DNA of 64,000 bases from Prorocentrum cordatum (taxonomy: Eukaryota), in assembly GCA_963575745.1 (NCBI GenBank), contig CAUYUJ010000310.1:1-64000 (forward strand), in the 5' to 3' direction. Position 1 is the first letter of the stretch. Each line of letters opens with the position of its first letter. Position numbers and translations under genes: made by a program. This document shows positions 56,107 through 64,000 of this stretch, piece by piece. Below the pieces are notes generated by a model. The model saw only the letters and a list, made by a program, of their open reading frames with translations, ran no database searches and had not been told where the DNA came from.

Positions 56107-56407
56107 AGTCGAAAGTGAGCTTGGTAACTAAAATAGGGCATATAGCCTGTCATATAGCATCCGATTCCAAGGCGCTGACCGTGGACATCGGATGGCAAAT
56201 AGCGTCCATCGCTCTGCTGTAGCTGTGAAGGTAGTATGAGGGGTGGGCGGATAAGATAGGATAAGATCGATGTAATGATCTTTCCAGCACATAGCGAACA
56301 CTCGCGGTGTCCGGGCAAATAGGGCGCGCGTGCCTTGAGCCCAAGGCAGCGGCGCGCGAGCTATGCTCCCGATACTGTAACATCTCCCAAAGAGCTACCC
56401 TTAAAGT
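56107..56407 (-). repeat. Copia-B 3' LTR (inferred, 301 bp)
   Basis: Plus-strand ends AGTCGAAA...TTAAAGT match the Copia-A LTR ends, and the same purine tract follows. Confidence 0.75.
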
Positions 56408-59400
56408 CGGGAGGGGAGGAGACGGAGAGCATAGTCGCACGCAAAATTCGCGCGCACGACTGTTTGCAAAGAAATGAAAACAGTGCGTACAAACTGGCCA
56501 AACGCCAGAATGTAAGGCGAGTTTCCTCGCAAAGTATTTCACGCAAATACAGGACAGCCCCTTCAAATAATGAAGGGCTATCGGCCTAGTTAGAGGTAGG
56601 CCAAAATTAGGCCATACCTCACCAAGCAAATGTGTATTAAGGCAAAGAGCCTGAGTTGTATGAAGCCGGCTCGTTGCCAGGCGTGAAATATGAGGCTCGT
56701 TTCCGAGCAACTAAAGGGGCGCCTTTATAATAGGCGCCCGTGCTGGCAAACTGGACCGCGAGGGCAACAAGGACAGACTAAAATTGATTAGACTTGGGTT
56801 TGTCTCTGTCCTCGGGACCCCGAAAAGGAACAAATTGCTTCACGTCATACTTAAATGACTGAGTGCCTGACATCACTTCCAGAAGCAGCTCCCGATCGAT
56901 GCTTCCCTTTGTATGCCCATCTGCGGTCATATCCCTAGTATCACACCATTGCACGTTATGTACTATACCTATATCCATAAGCTCACGTATCCAACTGATA
57001 TGTCCAAGCAGAGTCCGTTCTGTGGGTATTTTGAGATCCCTGCTTGATCAAGATTTGCAGACGGACTCAGCGTCTATGGTCAGAGAGACTTCGATAGCAA
57101 GGCCTCCAACTTCACGCATATCTCGTAGTTGTCGTGGAGTCAAGGCCCCTGCCTTAATTAAGCTCATGGAGAGTAATGAGCGTAGGGTAACACTCATCAA
57201 GGTTATGTGCGGCTGCAAGTGCCTCCGCAGCATAACTGGACCTCACCTGTAATCGGTGTGATTTGCATAGTCCGTCACAGAGGTGAACGACGGACTTGCC
57301 TTGAGGCGAGTTTCCTCGCCGTAGTACGTTGGCCCCGCGAATGCCGTAGCCCTTGGTCTCGTCATCCTCCTCCCCGGTAAGCTTCCGATATCCCGAATCG
57401 CTATGGATGTCGACTTCATTCGTCGGCTTCATCCGAGGGAAGGTGATGCGTTTCGGACTGCTGATCAGCTTTCGCGTCACAGCATTCAAACGTCTGACTT
57501 GTAAATTGGTGGGCTCTTGAATTTTCTGAAGAGAGACCACATATACCATAAGCCAGATTTGAGTAAGAAGGGCATAGGCGAGGGCTCCTCGCAGGCTGAC
57601 GAACATGTCGGTAATAAGTTTCGTGGCTTTGGCGTCGGCCGCCGCTCCTGTAAGTTCTGGATGTGTGATGGGACGCAGTTGTTTGATATACTCGTCCTGG
57701 TCCATGATCACATCTCCCTGATCATTCTTAGTGTAGCGGACGGCACAGTTCGTATATGTGTGCTTGTTGAGCTTACATTTGCCAAAAACCTTTTCGACAC
57801 GTTGTACACAGTCGTCGATATTTTTCTCTAGACCTGTCATATTAATGTCATCGACATGTTTTGCAGTCAGAAGATCTTGGCTGAATTCAAATTCAGGATC
57901 GTAACTAGTCGGTGAAAGTCCTATAGCTCGTGTGGTCGTACGAAGTTTGAGAGAGAACGCTCTTGGGGCGTCCTTAGTACCCGTTCCTGGTTTGAGGCAC
58001 CTAAGACAGTGTCGACTTTCGTCGTAGGATGAGAAGCCGGGTAGGGTACGAAGTACCTGAGCGCTTCCTGGTGGAAGAGTAAAGCAGACCATGCGAGTTT
58101 CCTCGCCAGTGGCATGGGCAAGTTCCTCGTAGGTCAAACCTTTTAGGAATGCCTTATCGATATCCATGGATGCTAAGATCCACTCTGGATGACATGCCGC
58201 TTCACTTGCCAAGAGTCGTTGAGACTGCCTTCGGGCGGTTCCCGAGAATGTTTCCACATCAAAGGCCTCAGTATCCATAAATCCACGAAGGACCAATCTG
58301 AGACGAATGGTTTTAACGTTCTCGGTGCCCATCTTTACGAACTTCCACTTGTATACATATCTGGATGTCATGATGTTGGAAGCTTTGGATAAGTCGTACA
58401 TCTCAAAGCATCGGTTATCAATCCAGATCTTGAGCTCAGTATATAAGGCTTCACTAACCTCCTTTGGATGTGCTGCTATGTCGGCTTTGGTCAGTAGGTC
58501 GTCTTCTTTGACAACCACAGCACGTTTAGCAGCATTGGATACATATACTCTCATCGTTGCGACCATATCGGTATCGAGCTGTGCAAGTTGGGTCTGATCC
58601 AACACTGTATTTTGACATTTCTGATGTAAAGCATAGTTCAACGTAAGTACCATATTCATCACTGTCTAGGGAATAGCTCTCGTCGTTTGTGTTCGAACAA
58701 AGAGATACTAGACAAGACTCACATGAGTTAGGCTCGTCTCCGAGCATATCTGATGATGTAATATCATCTTCGTCCGCAAATGCTGAAACCAAAACGCATT
58801 GGTCAGGCAGCATAGTTGTTGGGACGCAATAGAGATAATCATCTGTAATCGTCGTAGGATGAAGGTCCATACGTAGTTCGTCGTACCACTCTTCCAGCAT
58901 CATGGCTTCGATATTGTGTTCCTCATTTTCCTCATAGATTGTCGACAGACGGCCTTCGCTAGGCGATGAAGCGTCTGGTGTGTCTGGAGAAGGCCTGTTT
59001 CCAGGCGACTCGTGTTCTCCAGACGTGTTGCTTGGATGCTGATATTTAGCCAGGTCATCGTGAAATCCTAAGGAAGGGACACGAGAAGTCAAGCATTGAA
59101 TAAGTCTGGAGTGAGTGCTACCAGTAATCTGAGAAATGTTTAGGCCGGTGCCCACACATTCATAGTAGTGGAACGCCGGGCTAATGTCATTGTCATAGTG
59201 GATCAGCGTAGACCCGGTGGCGTACTTTACTGCAGGTAGGCTTGACACACTCTTAGCCAATCGAACTGCTACTACATGTTCCACTCTGAAGTAATTTCGT
59301 ACGAGATACTGTAGTGCTAGGTGTACGCGCGGGTGAAACTTGCTATCGTCTGACAGGTTAAGGTTTCCCTTGTAGTCGGGAATATACCCGAAAACTTTGG

Positions 59401-62400
59401 CAGGTTTCCCTGCACTGAGATGTGCCACATAGGCAAGGACGGTTTGCATGGCCATGTTATCCATGCCAAGTTCCCGTGTGAGGAGACATTCGATGTATAG
59501 TGTGTGACGAGCATCAGGATACATCACAATTACCTCACGAGATCCTGCCTTGACAACAATATGTCCTCTTTCAGGCACGTTTCGGATCACCGGGAATGGG
59601 CCGTTCCAGCCTCCATGGTCGTCCTTGGTGGCAGTAGGTCGGTGGTAGTCGACCAAATCCCCTGATGAGTAGAGGCGAGCACCATCAGGAGTCGTCTTAG
59701 CCCTAAGAGCCCGATTTGTCTTGGCTACAGCAGTAGCCTGAGTTATGGCTTCGAGGCTGACTTCCCTTACACGACGTTCTCGTTCGTGTCCTGAAGTCTC
59801 GGGTCCCTTGGGAAAGTCAAGGGTATCGAGATCAGGAAGGAAGGAGGGCTGACGTCCTGTGTGTGCCTGATATGGCGATACTCCGTTATAAAACGTAAAC
59901 GCATTAGTAACGAAGATGCCTTCCGCCAATACTCTAGTGAATACAACAGGGATGTTGTGTCTATTCAATTCTTCCTCAATCATGTGGAGGACGCCTCTGA
60001 GAATGCCGTTTCGTGACTCAATTGAAGTCGCGTGTTGGCCCGGTGCTCGGATACGAAGTTCCGTGCCCTTATTGGCCATCATGCTTTTAGCGGCCTCATT
60101 ACTCAGGGCGCCTTCTCCATCTGAGTATAAAACTTTGAAGGGTCCGTGATAGGCAATCCAGCAGTAGTGGTAGGCATCGATGATTGTGTCGCGTTCTCTG
60201 TCGGAAATTTCAAGGCCTGCTGCCAGGCGAATACAACGATCCATAATATGAAATATGGTCCGTTTCTTGTAAAACATGAGGTCCATTTCCCCTTCATCGA
60301 GCCAGTTACCAGGGAGGCTTACCGATGGTAATGTCGAGTTTCCTGGACGTTCCCATGCTCTACATTCCCGACAGGTGTCGCATATTTCCTTGATCATGTT
60401 CAGTCGAACGTTATCAAGCCCCACCTTTTCGAGGATTAGCCTCATCTTCGGCTCCTTCGCATGATACCATCGCAGATGCAGTTTTCGGAGTTCCTTTTTC
60501 ACAACATGGGGTTCGTGACTGCGGAGACTCTGTAGACTGTGTTGGATGTCGAATCTCGTCCAGTCGGGTAGTCGTGGAGCCCCAGAGCCGGTGGAGGCAA
60601 GGGGGTTCCTTGTAGCTCTGCGTAGTTGATCCCCTGTGTTGACTGCGTCTGGAGGTGGTGGTACGCCTTGTAGACGTCCGCGGCGGGCCGCTACCTGTGG
60701 CGTATCGCTAGAAGACGCAGAAGGCGTGTTTCCACGCTCGGGGGCGTCTCGTAGCAGGTCGTAGCTGCTGGTACCAGATGTCGGATCGACGTTACCGAAG
60801 GAACGTGGTCGTGGTGGCCTGGCGTGTGCGCCTTGGCGGCCACCTGAAGCTGAAGCTTGGCCCTCACCAGGTTTAGGTAGGGGTTTCCACCAAGCTGGCA
60901 CGTTTTGCCTTCGGGGTCGTGGTCGTCTGGTAGTTTAAATGGTTCAGCAAAACGACATTTACCAGGTTCGGTATCAAGGTGATTCTTAACACCCTTGCTT
61001 CTCGTAAGATCCCTCTGACATGCTGGACATGGCCAGTATACAGAGATAGAGTCATGATATTTGCACTGCGTAGGGTCTCTGTTATGGCTAGGACTGTCCT
61101 TTCGGACGTTGTCGATGCATGCCGGGCACGTAGCCACCTTTGGGATGATACGATCACCGATGCGTCTCATACCTTCACCTGGTTCAGCTTGCTCAGGAAG
61201 GTCGGCAGGATAAGCATGTGCAGTATTTATAGGCGCGTTTCCGCGCGTGGTGTCAATGGCTTTCGCCAAGTAGACGGCTTCCACGAAGGCAGACTGCAGT
61301 CGTCGAGTGTATTTTTGTGCCAGTGAAAGCTCGGTGTTGCACGGTTGTGCGTGCACATGCTGACCGTTGCACTTGAGTCGCTCAAAGGGTTTAAGAATTG
61401 TCTTGTCGTTGCTGGTGATATTTGTCGGCTTCTTAATATAGTCGCCAGTCGTATCTTTAAGTCCAGTAGCGCATTGATCAATGCGTACGGTCGTGATGTG
61501 TGGTCGGTTGGCAAGCTTCGTCCATGGAGAGATATCGTCCACCCATGTTCCTGTCGGTTGTTCGCGTATAAACCACCTCTGAGCGTCATCTTGGGTAACA
61601 GCAATTTTACCACAATAGATTATGTGTGGTAAGTCTTCTTTGTGGTGCTGTTCCCAAGTGTTACAGTTGACTTTGTAGTTATAGTAAGATGGTGGTCCTG
61701 TGGTGCGGCAGCTGGGTTGCAGTATGGCAACTCGTACGTAGCATATCTTGAAGTAGTGATCTATCACCTGCTGCGCCGAGGGGTCTCCCAGGTCGACATA
61801 TGTAGTCTTGTCCAAGTTGCCGCCTGAGGACAGTCCCCTTGAGAAGGCAAGCTCTGAGATGCCACCCTCACCACCACAAAGCTCCAACATATCCACGCAA
61901 TTGTTATGGCCATAGCATAGTGTAGCAACTATGCTGTATATGTCAGCGTGTGTGTCGGGCATAGATGTGGGGAGGGTAAGGAACAGGTCATCGTCCTCGT
62001 CGGAGCTTATCAGCTCGACAGGGGCGTCAGTACTCCAGGTTGCCATAAGATCCTGTCCGAGTCCTGACAAGTCGTCGCCGCAATCGTCATTTCCGTCTTC
62101 GACGTGCTTTTTAATGCGGCGAGGCTTGATGCCTGCTTCCTTTTCGGCTTTGAGCCTTTCCTTCTGCTTTATACGCGATTCAGTGGGTAAAGCTTGCTCG
62201 TTTTGTTCGTCGGTCTGTGTACTCATTGTCGTGGTGGAATGGGTACATGCGTCAATCGCCAGAGTCGGGAGGGGGAGAGAACAGTCATCTATGATGACGC
62301 GTCTATGTTTCTGTGGTGATTGAGTAGGCTCGTTTCCGAGCAAGACCGGTTCCTCGGGTTGCCAATACAACCGAGTACTGATGTTGGCAACCCCTGCAGG

Positions 62401-64000
62401 TAATGGTGCATGCCAATCATACCCTGTTGGTTGATCGGTAACTGAGATATCTTGAATAACCGCGTTGGTATCCAATTGATTGTTACACGTCGGATAACTT
62501 CAGACCATTTTGGTCCTCCTTTATGAGTCGTCACGTAATGACGAGTATTATGGTCTGTACGTGTATACGTATTTAAGTATACGGGCACGTTTCCGTGCGT
62601 GGTGGTACTCCCCAGGATTTTGTCGTTTAGGTAACGGATGAGTGTAGTACGTGTCTGAGCCCGCCATTCAGCATGTCGTACCGTATGGCCGTACCAGTCC
62701 AACACATGTTGTGGTATGGCCTGCTTACAGGTACATGTCCACAGCTTCGAGCTAATCGGTATCGATGATGCTATCTGCATATATGTACCACTTGGTGTAT
62801 TGTCTTGCATATTGAACCGAATACCGAAATGACACAAACGCATCCGTATTACTGACAACTTCAGATCTTCCAGAGTATCACGTACTGGAGATAACTTCCA
62901 AACGTATCCTGGGGGACCGAATATGATGATTTTCATGCGGAGTTTCTTGGCTTTTATCAACAGGTTCTGGATACGTGACCAGTGTGGGGCCACTCTCTTT
63001 CCTGGAGTTCGTATATACCAGTCACCCGGAGTACTGATCCATATGAGAGTGTAATCTCCACTGATCACCGCACCTAGATAATTTGTGCCCACGCTTGTCA
63101 TAAGTTCGTTGTGGGAAATACGGTCACAAATATAACCTCGTGTGCGGAGGTCGGCACATGCCTCCCTCGTATCTTCAATGACAAAAGCCCTCTTACTAAG
63201 GCAGGTTGCCCCGCTGTCCTTGTTACCCCCCGGCTTTTCAGCCATCAGGCAAGACGACGAGGGGGCGACGTCGCCCTGCCATCTTCAAGATGAAGAAGAT
63301 GTGCCTACAATATCTGCCAACATCTGGGCTTCCCTCAGATGCTGGAGCTCAGCACTGCAGCGCGCCGTGGCCTCAGAGGCGGATTGCTCCGCAAATGCTG
63401 TCAGCATCGATGGATTATCCATCAGCTGTTTCAGCGCGCCTTTGGACCTAGCGTCGCTGACCGTATGCAATTCACGATTAGTGTATCCCATCACTATTTT
63501 ACGGCGGGACTGCACAGCGTCCATGGGTACACTACCACCATGCTTGGCCAGTGTCCTGGCAACAAAACAATCGAACGTCTCGAGATCGTCGATGTTGTCG
63601 CCTCGCATGGTGGCCTTGGCGAGCGTCTCCATCAACCCCTGGGGCAGGTTTCCCTGCAATTGATTGCGCTCCTGCGCTGGGGTCGGCTCGCCTGTCAGCA
63701 CTGTCTGGAAGGACGTGCTGCTTGAGCCCGAGGCGGGTTGCCCCGCAGCTCCAAAACGATCACACCTGATCGACAGATGCCCTGACGGCAACTTCGTCGT
63801 CGGCATGATTTTGGAGCCTTCCGGGAGCTCCATCTTGACCTGCCCCTTACCAGGGAATATCAGCTTTTCCTGGCCTCGTTCAAGCACGATGATCGTGCGT
63901 TTGTCCTGCATACTATCGAGACCTAGGATGGCTGGCAGGTCCTTTCCACAGCCTGACACAATGTTCGTCTTGTATGAATCGTGTTGGGCTGACCCCTGGT
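56107..64000 (-). mobile_element. Copia-B: diverged, frameshifted relative of Copia-A; its 5' part lies beyond the window
   Basis: ORF pieces 63285-63959 (PR C-terminus), 62289-63245, 60691-62475 (MTase-like), 58526-60901 (INT), 57154-58662 (RT) and 56778-57233 (RH) align motif by motif with Copia-A Pol. Confidence 0.93.

Overview
This is eukaryotic, repeat-rich DNA made almost entirely of retroelements, satellites and pseudogene debris; no intact host gene is evident. A dinoflagellate source is inferred from Copia elements carrying DNMT-like domains and from spliced-leader-like GGCTCAAG motifs. The centrepiece is a complete, young, 16.4-kb Ty1/Copia-order LTR element on the minus strand (Copia-A, 25386-41756). 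It has 285-bp LTRs differing at one base, a CATAG target-site duplication and a tRNA-iMet primer-binding site. Its polyprotein carries unusual cargo: a Tpt1/KptA RNA 2'-phosphotransferase domain with its catalytic residues, a RING-H2 finger and cytosine-methyltransferase-like domains. A diverged, degraded relative (Copia-B, 56107 to beyond the window end) allows comparison. Both share an in-frame UGA between protease and the rest of pol followed by a 12-bp hairpin with compensatory changes, non-TG..CA LTR termini, a purine tract on the wrong strand at the PPT position, and an SL-like motif in the LTR. Copia-A also carries about 30 dispersed GNNA-loop mini-hairpins. Copia-B is nested in a third, canonical Copia with a DNMT-like domain (Copia-C). 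The window also holds an APE-RT LINE with an OTU protease domain, a CRE-like RLE fragment and an 840-bp tandem unit, each bounded by (GGA)n tracts, plus a DIRS-like remnant and several satellites.
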